This document shows positions 48,036 to 59,200 of a stretch of 64,000 nt of DNA, piece after piece. Position 1 is the first letter of the stretch. Each line of letters opens with the position of its first letter. The position numbers and the translations under genes were made by a program. The notes under the pieces were generated by a model. That model did no database searches and had not been told where the DNA came from. It saw only the letters and a program-made list of their open reading frames with translations. The DNA is taken from positions 1,426,001-1,490,000 of the forward strand of contig NC_083237.1 in NCBI RefSeq assembly GCF_032191835.1, in the 5' to 3' direction. This stretch comes from Heteronotia binoei. Its lineage: Eukaryota.

Positions 48036-51000
48036 AGTGGCCAATATATGTGTGTGTGTGTATATACACACACACACATACACACACACATATATATACT
48101 GTGGCTAATAGCCACTGATGGACCTCTGCTCCATATTTTTATCCAATTCCCTCTTAAAGCTGGCTATGCTTGTAGCTGCCGCCACCTTAGAACTTAGAAT
48201 CATAGAATCAGAGTTAGAAGCGACCTTCAGGGTCATCTAGTCCAACCCCCTGAACAATGCAGGAAACTCACAAATACCTCCCCCTAAATTCAATCCCCGG
48301 CAGCATCTCCAGTTAAAAAGGGCCAGGCAGGAGGGGGTGGGAAAGACCTTTCTCTGCCTGCCTGAGACCCTGGAGTGCGGCTGCCAGTCTGAGTAGAGAG
48401 TATTGAGCTTTGATGGACCCAGAAGGGTCTGACTCAATAAAAGGCAGCTTGCTAGGGTGGGTCTCAGTGGGAGAGCCTCTGAGTGGGATGCGGTAGGTCC
48501 CCGGTTCAATCCCCGCCAACTCCAGCTGGAAGGATGGTAGGTTCCCAAGAGCTGCTGCCAGTCTGAGTAGACAATACTGTTCTGTAGCAGGAAGTGGTGA
48601 GTGCTGAGCAGCAGTGCTCAAGTTCAGGACTGTCTCTTTTCAGCAGTGAGCCATTGTTTCTTTTTAATTGGTTCCCAAACGGGGCCCTTTGATAGCCGGA
48701 CCTTTGCCCCTCTCCTTCCAGCTCCCTGGTGGTGCTGGGTGGAAACCGCCCCTTTCAGGAGGCTGCCAAGCCAAACAGGACAAGCTGGGCCTCTGCCAAG
48801 TGGGCACCGATTCAGGGGTTTTTTTTGGGAGGAGGGGTTAAGTGCCAGGGCAACACACAGTGCTGCTCCACAGCAGTGTCTTGGGGGTGGTGCTGTGTTG
48901 GTGGCCGGGGAGACATCAGCTGCTGGACTGGCAAAGATGGCAGGGGGAGGAAGCGGGTGCGATTCCCTCACCTCCCTTCCCTGGCTTCCCAAGAGAAAGA
49001 AAGGAAAGGAACGGTCCCCTGTGCAAGCACCAGTCGCTTCCGACTCTGCGGTGACGTTGCTCTCACAATGTTTTCACGGCAGACTTTTAACAGGGTGGTT
49101 TGCCATTGCCTTCCCCAGTCATCTACGCTTTCCCCCCAGCAAGCTGGGGACTCATTTTACCAACCTCGGAAGGATGGAAGGCTGCGTCAACCTCGAGCCA
49201 GCTACCTGAAAACCCAGCTTCCGCTGGGATTGAACTCAGGTTGTGAGCAGAGCTTAGGACTGCAGTACTGCAGCTTTAACACTCTGCACCACTGGGCTCT
49301 TCTGGAAAAGGAAGAAAAGGAAAGGTCCCCTGTGCAAGCACCAGTCGTTTCCGATTCTGGGGTGACGTTGCTCTCACAACATTTCCACGGCAGACTTTTT
49401 ACGGGGCAGTTTGCCATTGCCTTCCGCAGTCATCGACACTTCCCCCCAGCAAGCTGGGGACTCATTTTACCCAGCTCAGAAGGATGGAAGCCTGAGTCAA
49501 CCTCGAGCCAGCTACCTGAAAACCCAGCTTCCGCCAGGATCGAACTCAGGTCGTGAGCAGAGCTTAGGACTGCAGTACTGCAGCTTTAGCACTCTGCGCC
49601 ATGGGTCTCTTCTCCCAAGAGAAAGGAGAGAATAAAAGAATTTTCCCAGTTTGGAAAGCAGCGCAGAAACACATGGTGTGGATAAGGGAAACGGGGCAAG
49701 AGATGAATGAATCCTTCGCAGGAACAAAAGTCTGTGAGCCCAGCGAAAGGCAGAAGTTCTCCGGGAGAGCTGTGGGTGTTTCTAGCAGGTTGAAGCAAGG
49801 AGGGAGGGGCAGAAAGCCAGCACTCCTGGGCTGGGGGCGGGGAGAGGCGGGGCTGCAGATTTGGGAGGGTGGAGCTGAAAGGGAGCCTAACAGAGGGCCA
49901 TCGCTTCCAGAGGAACATGTGGGGGGGAGGGGAGAAGGGGTCTCATTGTCTCCAACTGACAGCATTCCACACCATGTGTGTGCGTGGGGGGGGGGTGCCC
50001 CCCAATCCATTTGCCAGCTCACAGGGATTTTAAAGACTGCTGCAGAAAAAGAAGGTGGATGGAGACGTTAGAAACGCACAGAGACGGCCAACAGATGAGG
50101 AACATCTGGGGAGACCTGTCAGAGTTATCTCCAGGCCGGCAGCCTACAGATTCTGTGTTGCTCTCTCCACACCACCCCCTCCCAGCTCTGACTCTCTTGG
50201 GGGCCCAGTGAGAAGACCCTCAGCAGAGGCCCAAAGTGGTACCCCAAGCCCTCGCGGATCCCAAGAGAACCTGCTGGGGGGTTTCCCTGCTTGCCTCCTT
50301 TCCCCTCTTTTGGCATCCCACCCCCTAGTCCGGATGCAGAGGAGAAATTTGGGTGGGAGGGGGAGCAGAGCCAGCATAATTCAAAACAGGCTGGTTTCCC
50401 CGAGAGCGCTGCAGCCAACCAGCCAGCCAGCCAGCCGGAGACCCGCCGGATTCCCTGCTCAGCTCGGTCTGGAACCAATTTGTATCTGGAGCTGCCGGGC
50501 GGGACCTGTTGGATTCCTTCAGTGGAAGAGGCGGGAGCAAAAGGGAGGGGGAGGATGCGAAACACATATGCAACACCCCCCTCCCCCCCTCTGCCTTGCA
50601 CTTTCCCTGCAGTTCTTTGGTGCTTGCAGACTCCGCATTGTAGGGTCCCTCGAAGAAACAGGGACCCTCTCCCAGGACGTTGGGGTGGGGGGATGAGAAG
50701 CCACAGATCCAAGGCCCAGGCTGGTTTGCATGGGGTGGCATGCTGATGCGCCACAGGAGCTCGGCTGGTCCGCAGACCTCAGCGGGATGGGCATCGCTTC
50801 TGGGGCCAGGGGGCAATGGGGTGGCCAAGGCCACGGCTGGCATTTTGCAAGGGGAGGATAGTCTAGGCCTGGCACAAGAGAACCCACCGTCAGAGTCTCT
50901 CGTGAGAGCCAGGGTGGCAAACTAAGTCAGTGGGTAGAGTGGCAAACTAAGACCCTGAGTGACCCGAGTTCGAATCCCCACCTCTACCACGAGAGCTTGC

Positions 51001-54000
51001 TGGGTGACCTTGGGCCCATCACAAGCTCTCAGCCTGGCCTACCTCGCGGGGTTGTTGGGAGAGATTAGAGGAGGGGAGGAGGATGCTGTAAGCTCAGGAA
51101 GGAAGCTTGACACAAATGGAAAAGGAAAGGAAAGGTCCCCTGTGCAAGCGCCAGTCGTTTCCGACTCTGGGGTGACGTTGCTGTCACGTTTTCACGGCAG
51201 ACTTTTTACAGGGTGGTTTGCCCTTGCCTTCCCCAGTCCTCTACGCTTCTCCCCCAGCAAGCTGGGAACTCCTTTGACTGACCTCAGAAGGATGGAAGGC
51301 TGAGTCAAACTGGAGGCGGCTACCTGAATCCAGCTTCCGCTGGGATTGAACTCAGGTCGTGAGCAGAGTTTAGGACTGCAGCTTTAACACTCTGTGCCAC
51401 GGGGCTCCATGAGACATGAATGAATGAATGCCAAATGGCTGCACTGGGTCCAGCCGCCTCGCTCATGCCCACGAGCTTCCGCCACAGGCTGCAGACTGGA
51501 GAGGCCAGTGGGGAGGAGAGAGCCTGGGGGGGGGGGGCATCCGTCAGGCATGTCCAAGAGCCGGAGAGCTTTGCTTTGGCGACATGTTTGGGGTGTGTGT
51601 GTGGCTTCAGCTGAGGCCTTTCTCTCTTTGTTTCCTTTCCCATCCGTGCCCCCCCCCCCCGGACCCCAGCACCAACGCTCGACAAGGGCCGCTTGATCAA
51701 AGCAATAAAGGCGCATTCCCTCCATGTGTGGGCAATGTGCAGGGCCCCAGATGTGATCCGCTGGTGAGGAGTCCAGGCATCGGTGGGTCCGCTCTTCCCC
51801 CACCAAAGCATGTGAGCTTTGCCCCTTCTGTTTCCTGCCCCACGCCTGACCTACAGAGGGGTGAGGCGCGTGTGATTGTTGCAGCTGGCCAAGGAGATAA
51901 CCCCGGAAGGGGAGAGACAGGTTTTCTGGCTGCTGACCTCCCCTGGCAGTTGGAATTTTTTCCACCCAGAATGGGGGGGGGGGTGCGCTTGGGTGGAAAA
52001 ACGAGCAGAGATCGTTATTCATTGCTGTTAAATAACTAGGAAAGAAGAGGGCTTTGCTCACCTCCTGATTCCGCAAGCAACCTCATTGGAGTAATACTGA
52101 AAGCAAGGGGGCTTTCAAGCATGTGCAGAGTGCAGAAGGGCTTCCAAAACAGAGGAAGGTCGATCCCCTGATGTGATAACTGGCATGTTACATGGCACTC
52201 CAGTGGCCAGTGGGCCTTCTACCACAGGCTGTGGCCCAGCCTTTCTGTCTCAGTTTCTCCTAGGGGAAATGATCCAGCATGAAGAATTGCAGATTTACAC
52301 CCCCCTCCCTCTCTGAATCAGTCTCAGAGCGGCTTACAGTCTCCTATATCTTCTCCCCACACAACAGACACCCTGTGAGGTGGGTGGGGCTGAGAGAGCT
52401 CTCATGGAAGCTGCCCTTTCAAGGACAACTCCTGCGATAGCTATGACTGACCCAAGGCCATTCCAGCAGCTGCAAGTGAAGAAGAAGACTGTAGATTTAT
52501 ATCCCACCCTATTCTCTGAATCTCAGAGTGGCTCACAGTCTCCTTTCCCTTCCTCCCCCACAATAGACACTCTGTGAGGTGGGTGGGGCTGAGAGAGCTC
52601 TCCCAGCAGCTGCCCTTTCAAGGACAACTCCTGCGAGAGCTCTGGCTAACCCAAGGCCATTCCAGCAGCTGCAAGTGGAGGAGTGGGGAATCAAACCTGG
52701 TTCACCCAGATAAGAGTCCGTACATTTAACCACTACACCAGACTGGCTCTCTCAATGACCACTCTTATGTTCTTAACATTCTAACCCCTGTACCACGCTG
52801 GCTCTCATTTCTTACTGTAAGCGCAGCTTGCATTGGGCCAGTCCTGGTACTGAGTTCCAAAATGCAACCCAGTTGGTTGACACCAACCTCCTGTGCCATT
52901 CAGTTGTGTAGCCGTGCTTGCTCTGAAGCAGCAGAACAAATTTGAGTCCAGGGGCACCTCTTACGATCAACAAAGTGTTAGTCAAGGTAGGAGCTTTCCT
53001 GTGTTCGCTCACTTCCTCAGATACAAGGAAATGGAAATTGCCAGTCCATACATATAGAGAGTGAATTAGCTCACAGTCTGCCTCTATGCATGGACTGGTA
53101 ATTTCTCTTCCACTGTTACCTGAGGAAAGTGTGCATACACACAAAAAGCGTATGTCTTGGATAAAACTTTGTTGGTCTTTAAGGTACCCCGAGTCTCAAA
53201 CTTGTCCTGCTCCTTTAATGCTGTTCCATGACAGGCAGAAATCCAGCAGGTGAAGCTTTTCTCATTCCCGCTGCGTTTCCTGGGCTGGTGAGTAGAACCT
53301 GGGGTACAAGAGGAGGGAAAGGAGTTTGGAACCTGGCTGTGGGGCTCTGGAGAGAGGCTTCAGGCACCAGAACCAGCAGTGCTGGGAACTGGAAGGCCTG
53401 GCTTCGTGGAAAGGGGTGGGGTGGGGGAGAGGAGAGATGAAGTGAGGGGGATCCCTTGACTCTCCCTCTGGCCCAGAAGAGACACTCTCTGCCTGCGCTC
53501 CCCCCAGGACGGCTTTTCCGGCCTCATCTTCCCCGGCCTGCCGGGGCAGCCCTGCCCGAGCGGAAAGGGCAGCAGGCAATTGTTTCATTCCGGATGGCTG
53601 GAGCCAGGCAGGAAAAGCCCTGCAACTCAGCCTCTCCAGTCAGCGGCCTCCTTCTGCTGAGACCCCCCCCCCCCATGGATCTTCATGAGCATCTATCTCA
53701 AGTCGCTGGTGTGGGCTAAGAATGTGGAGGCCGGACGGCTTTGTGCAGGGCTGTGGGGACAGAACAGCTTTAGGGTTGGAGAAGCAGCATTCAGAACTGC
53801 TCTGCCCCATTCAATGGGGGCTTTGGGGCTGGTCAGGGAGGGGCGGTGGCTCAGTGGAAGAGCATCTGCCTGGTAAGCAGAAGGTCCCAGGTTCAATCCC
53901 CGGCATCTCTAACTAAAAAGGGTCCAGGGAAGTAGGCGTGAAAAACCTCAGCTTGAGACCCTGGAGAGCTGCTGCCAGTCTGAGTAGACAATACTGACTT

Positions 54001-54319
54001 TGATGGACCCAAGAGGGTCCGATTCAGTAGAAGGCAGCTTCATATGTTCATATATATATGGCATGTTCATCCCCCCCTTATGGAGCAACCCCCTCCCCAC
54101 ATCTGAGGGGGCGGGGGCTCCTGAGAGACAACAGATGCTTCCCCATCAGATGCATGGCTAGAACTGATGGAACTCACTGCCACAAGAAGTGCTGGGGAGG
54201 GGGAGCTTTTTTTTCAAAGGGTTGGGGAAGTTGCTGCCGCAGCAGCAGGGGGAGGGGGGAAGCAGAGGCCTAGGCACAGCGGAAGGCTTCTGATAGAGCT
54301 TCCACGCGCAGAGGCAGTT

Positions 54320-56200
54320 CACCTGAGGCCCCCCCATAGAGTCAGGCTTGGGGCCAAAGCAGAAGAGGCGGAGAGGGAGATCCCGGAAGTCGCGTGTACT
54401 CAGCCCCCCCCCTCGCCTCTTTCTCCAGCACGAGTTAGCTGGCTGTTGTTTCACGTGTCGTGTTGTTCGTCTGCAGCCTTTATTGGGTGGATTGGGCCCT
54501 GGGCGTGTTCACTGAGACTTTAGCCGATGCCTCCCAGAAGGCCGCTGGTGCTAAGCCTACCGGCCAAAGTTTCCCCGCGACCAGCCCCGGGATGAGCGTT
54601 CACACGTGCTTGCTCCGGGGGCAGCCGGCGCAGTGGCGGTTGGGCCTGCCGCGGATTCCCTGCCCTGAAGGCCTCCCGGGGAAGCCCCGCGGAGCCGGGC
54701 CCGCCAAGGGGAGGGCAGGTTGCAACCCGCCGGAGGAGGTGGAGGAGGAGGGGCGGCAGCGGCGCCTCCCACTTGCCCCCCCCCCCCACGGGCCTCGCCG
54801 TGCAAAACCGTCTGGGGCGGGTTGCAACCGTCCTGGGGGGGGGGGCAGCAGTGGTCGTTGCAACTCGTTCTCCTGGGGGGTGCTTTTGCAAACTCTTTTG
54901 CAAGAGGGCAGCATTTCCCCCCCCCTTTCCCAAAGTTTTTGGAACTTTTTTTCGGGGGGGGGGAGAAGGGGGGTCCTTTCCCCATCGGCTCCGTCTCTCC
55001 ATAACTGCCTTTGTGCTCCTGCTTTTGCACGTGTGCCAGGGAGGGGGCGTTCGAGGGGAGGCCGGCCCGGGCCGTGCAAACGAGGGGCTGAGTTTTTGCT
55101 GAGATTCTTTCTTGCACAGAGGTGGGAGGGGCTCGGCCGAAACCCTGCCCGGCGCGTGCAGCTGCAAGAGCGGCAGCGGCTGCGGCCCGTCCGAAGTGAC
55201 ACTCGGGCCGCTTCCCCCAAATTCCTAACCCGGATCCACTTCCCTCCCCCCCCCCGCCCCGTCTGCTGGCTCCCACCCAGCGCTGCTCGGCTCCTCTCCT
55301 CTCCTCTCCTCGCCGCCCTGCTCCACTTCGCCGCCGCCGCCGCCGCCGGGGCTTTCTTCTTTGTCCGACGCCGTCTGCTGGGAGGCTGCTGCTGCTGCCA
55401 TTCCGGACTTTCTGGTTTGCGAGCGGCGCTGGGGAACATTGGCGCTTTTGTCTGCTCCCGGGACGGCTGCCTGACTCGGCCCGGGCGGGGCGCAGGGGCC
55501 GAAGAGCCAGCTCCCGCCCGCCGAGACAGCTCTCCCCCAAGACGGCAGTTCGGAGGGGCCCGCTTCGCTTCGGATGGTCTTTGAGAGCCCCCCCCTCCCC
55601 GCGACGCCTCGTTTTCTCCTTCTGGCAAGAGGAAGACCCCCGTGCAGCTGGACTGCCAAGAAAGTTCTTGCCGCGGCCGCTGCCGCACTCGGGAGGGGGC
55701 GCGATGGATGCCTGGCGGGGGGGCGCCTGAGCGCTTGCTCTGCAGTCGGCGGGCCGCGGGTTTGGATCGCCCCTCGACGGCGCCGCGCGAGAGAGCCCGG
55801 GAGCGGGGGGCGCTGCTGCTCCTTCGGATTACTTTCCCGGCTCCCGCCCGGGGGTAGCCGCTTGGCTGCGGCGGGGGGCGCGTCCTTCGCGGAGGAACTC
55901 TGGCGGCCCTGGCGCTATGGAGCTGCGGCTTCTTTACCTCTGGGTTTCCCTAGCCGCAGCCGTGGAAGGTGAGGACCCCCAGGCAGGGGAGGGGGCTGGG
56001 AAGCGGGACTCCGCGGCCAGAAAGCCCCCCCCCCCGACCCCAGGGAGGGGAGGGGAGCAGAAGTTGGCTTGGCGCTTGCAGAAGTCGGGAGGAGGAGGGG
56101 GCGCGGCGGGGGCTCAGGCTGGGGGCCCCTTCTCTATCCCCCCCCCCAGGAGTTTCTGCTGCTTCCCCGCCGCAGCCTCTTTAGCTCCCTCGAAGTCTTT
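54320..56200. promoter_or_regulatory. CpG island covering the EPHB4 promoter, 5' leader and exon 1
   Basis: Very high GC/CpG. ETS site CCGGAAGT ~54383, E-boxes CACGTG ~54452 and ~54603, (GCC)6 at 55330-55347. Confidence 0.8.
55917..55968 (+). CDS. EPHB4: Ephrin type-B receptor 4, exon 1 (signal peptide) only; partial gene
   Basis: ATG GAG CTG CGG... encodes MELRLLYLWVSLAAAVE plus a phase-1 G, then gtgagg donor (52 nt). Human EPHB4 exon 1 as recalled is MELRVLLCWASLAAALE-E. It sits in a CpG island. Exon 2 (ETLLNTKLE..) was not recognised before 64000. Confidence 0.85.
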
Positions 56201-59200
56201 CAAGTCCGCATTGATCTGGGGAGAGAAGCCATCGATCCCTCTGCACCCGCCTCCCCCCCCCCCCAGACAACGATTGCCCGGCTCCTCCTCTCTTTCATCT
56301 CCGCCGCTGCTCGCCCCCCTTTCCCGGCTGCCCCCTCCTTGGGGGCTCCCCTCGCCCGCCCTCCCAGGAGACCCACCGGCCTCCTCCTCCTCTTGCTGCT
56401 CTGCTTTTTCAAAAAGCCAGTTTTTGTTTCCAAAGGCAAGTCTGGGGGGGGGGGCAGTGAAAGGGGGGCTCTCTGCAGCAGAGAGGGGCCTGGAGGGGGG
56501 GGCAGTTGGATCCTTGCAAGGGAAGGGCTGACTTGCTGCCCGAATTGTTCTAATCTAGGCCTTGGGAGAGGAGTGTGGGCTAGTGGTTAGAGAGGCACCT
56601 TGGTGCCCCTCTCTCTGCTGACTGCAGCCAGACTTTGCTTTTGTGAGGGGAAAGCTTTTTTTCCTCCTCTGGGCCTCTGAACAGCCAACTCCAACACCCC
56701 CCCCCCCCAAGTCCCACTCCTGTTTCAGAGAACCCAAGAGAGCTGGCTCTCCTCCCCACCACCAGCCCCCCCCCATCTCTGCAGCTCCCCCCCCCCCACG
56801 CAGCCTTTGGAAGACATTCTCCAGGCCTGGGGAGCACCCAGCGCCTATCCCTCCCCCCATTTAATCCTGCACCTCTTCCTCCCCTTTTTCTTTCTTTTGC
56901 CCCCCCCCCTTTCGTTCATTCATCCCTCGGCAGGAGCTGAAATCTCATTGAAAAGGGATTAAATGGACAGACGGACCAGAGAAATGGCCGTGTTTAAGTT
57001 CCGTCGGTCTCTCTTCTCCCCCCTCCTGCCGCTGAGCAAAACAAGGAATTTGGGGGCAGCTGAACTTCACAGGCTCCTTTCGGAAATGCACAAAGAAATC
57101 CCCCCTTCCGTCAAGCTGGACCGCCCCCCCCCCAGCAGCCGCACTTTTTCTTCCAATACCTTCAGTTCCTTTCCATCCCTCCCCCCCCCCTCACCCCAAT
57201 CTGTGCTCTCCTCCTGGGTCAGGTCTGTCCCAGGGCTGTGAAGGATCTCTGGAGCGTGTGATGCATTAATTGAATTCCTCTATTGTGGTCCCTCCAGCCC
57301 CACGTAGGTCATCTTGCAAGTCTTCAACCCCCCCCCCCCCCCAAGAAGAGAGCTCTGCTGTCTGCCTCCAAAGCTGCAGATGGGGGGGCCACCGCCACTC
57401 CCCACGGACTCTTCTTTCAGACCACTCCAGTGTCTGCTCAGGGCCCCACCTGACTACACACCTTCTGGAGGCAGCCCCCTCCCCCCAGTTGTTTTGGCTT
57501 TGGGCAGGAGAGGGGGGTGGCAGGCCCCAATGCCCTGGGAGGTCCTTGTCCACGCCTCTTCTATCCCCAAAGGGCAGATCTGAAGGGCGGGGGAGATGTT
57601 TGCTGCTGGATCTTTCTACAGCCCATGCTGTATTAGCAGACAAGCCAGGAAGCCCCCCCCCCCACCCTGGTTTGGCAGGCTACAGTCTCTTCCCTTGGGG
57701 GGAGAGAACATATGAACCTATGAAGCTGCCTTCTGCTGAATCAGACCCTCTTGGGTCCATCAAAGTTAGTATTGTCTACTCAGACTGGCAGCGGCTCTCC
57801 AGGGTCTCAAGCGGAGGTTTTTCACGCCTATTTGCCTGGACCCTTTTTAGTTGGAGATGCTGGGGATTGAACCTGGGATCTTCATGTTACCAAGCAGATG
57901 CTCTACCACTGAGCCACCATCCCTCCCCAAACATATGAAAGTATGAGCTGCCTTCTACTGAATCAGACCCCCCTGGGTCCCTCAAAGTCAGTCTTGTCTA
58001 CTCAGACTGGCAGCGGCTCTCCAGCTGAGGTTTTTCATGCTTACTTGCCTGGACCCTTTTTAGTTGGAGATGCCAGGGATTGAACCTAGGACCTTCTGGT
58101 TACCAAGCACATGCTCTACCACTGAGCCACCATCCCTCCCCAAATCAGTATTGTCTACTCAGACTGGAGAAGGGAGGCCTTCTGGTATGATGTCACTCCA
58201 GATTCAGCCTGGGACCTTCTGCCTTCGAAGCATGTAGTCTATTGACAGAGAGCCAAAAGCAGGATTTGAACCTAAGGTCCTCTGGCACAGATTGCAGTAG
58301 AATGCCCCTGTGTTACTCTTGTGGCCTGAGGGTTTCCTTACTTACTTTATTGGTGCCTTGTTCTCCATTTTATTCTCACAACAACCCTGTAGGGTCAACT
58401 AGGCCAAGAATGTGACAGGCCGAGGTCACCTAGCAAGCTTCTTGTAGCAGAGTGGGGATTTGAACCTGTGTCTCTTATATCCTGGTTTGATATTCTGAAC
58501 TCCCCGCACTCTGGCTCCTTGTGATGTATTGTAGTGGGATAGTTTAGGGTGGACTATGAGTTCCAATACTGCCTGGATGCCCAAAACATACTAAGTTACA
58601 AGTTTTGTGGGATCCCGAGATCGAGATCAGCCTGCTCCTCTTTCCGCAGGGAGGGGAGGCCAGACGGCTTTCATCTCAGCGCCTGGCTTGGCTATCAAAG
58701 GCAACGCTCCCTCTTTGCCTCCTTTGGATCTGCCAAGGCCCGTAATCCCTTTGCTCCTCCAGGAGCTTCTGTGCCTCTTATCAAAGGTAGAATTCCAGTC
58801 CCCCCCCCTCCCCTTTGCAAACACACCCGTTGGGTTCTTGTCTTCCCAGAGCAAACTTGCTTGCAAGTTTTCAAGCACAGGATGGGTGCTGGCACCAAGA
58901 GGTAAACCCAGCCTGAGAGACGCAAAACAAAACCAGGGAAGCGAGAGGGAAGGGGTTGCGAGTTCCGGTGTCGCAGGCCTGGATCTCCTGACTAGGAGAG
59001 TGAGGGCTGAAACTACACCAGCTTCTCAGATACTGAGAGCCAGCAGGGTGTGGTGGTTAAAGTGTCAGACTACTATCTTAGAAGCTCGCTGGGTGACGCT
59101 CGGTGAGCCCCACACTCTCCCCCTAGCTTACCTCACAGGGGTGTTCTTGAAGATAAAACAGCAGAGAGGAGAATGACGTCAGGTGCTTTGGGTCCCTGCT

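Noticed and set aside
50325-51520. Weak resemblance to SPACDR/C7orf61 (PAELLWRI; CSLWRK)
   Set aside because: Only 4-6 residue matches, with no supporting splice phases or flanking similarity.
54460-56590. Multiple 200-370-aa ORFs on both strands in the EPHB4 CpG island
   Set aside because: Stop-poor GC-rich sequence with Gly/Pro/Arg/Ala bias; no TSC22D4, GNB2 or SLC12A9 motifs.
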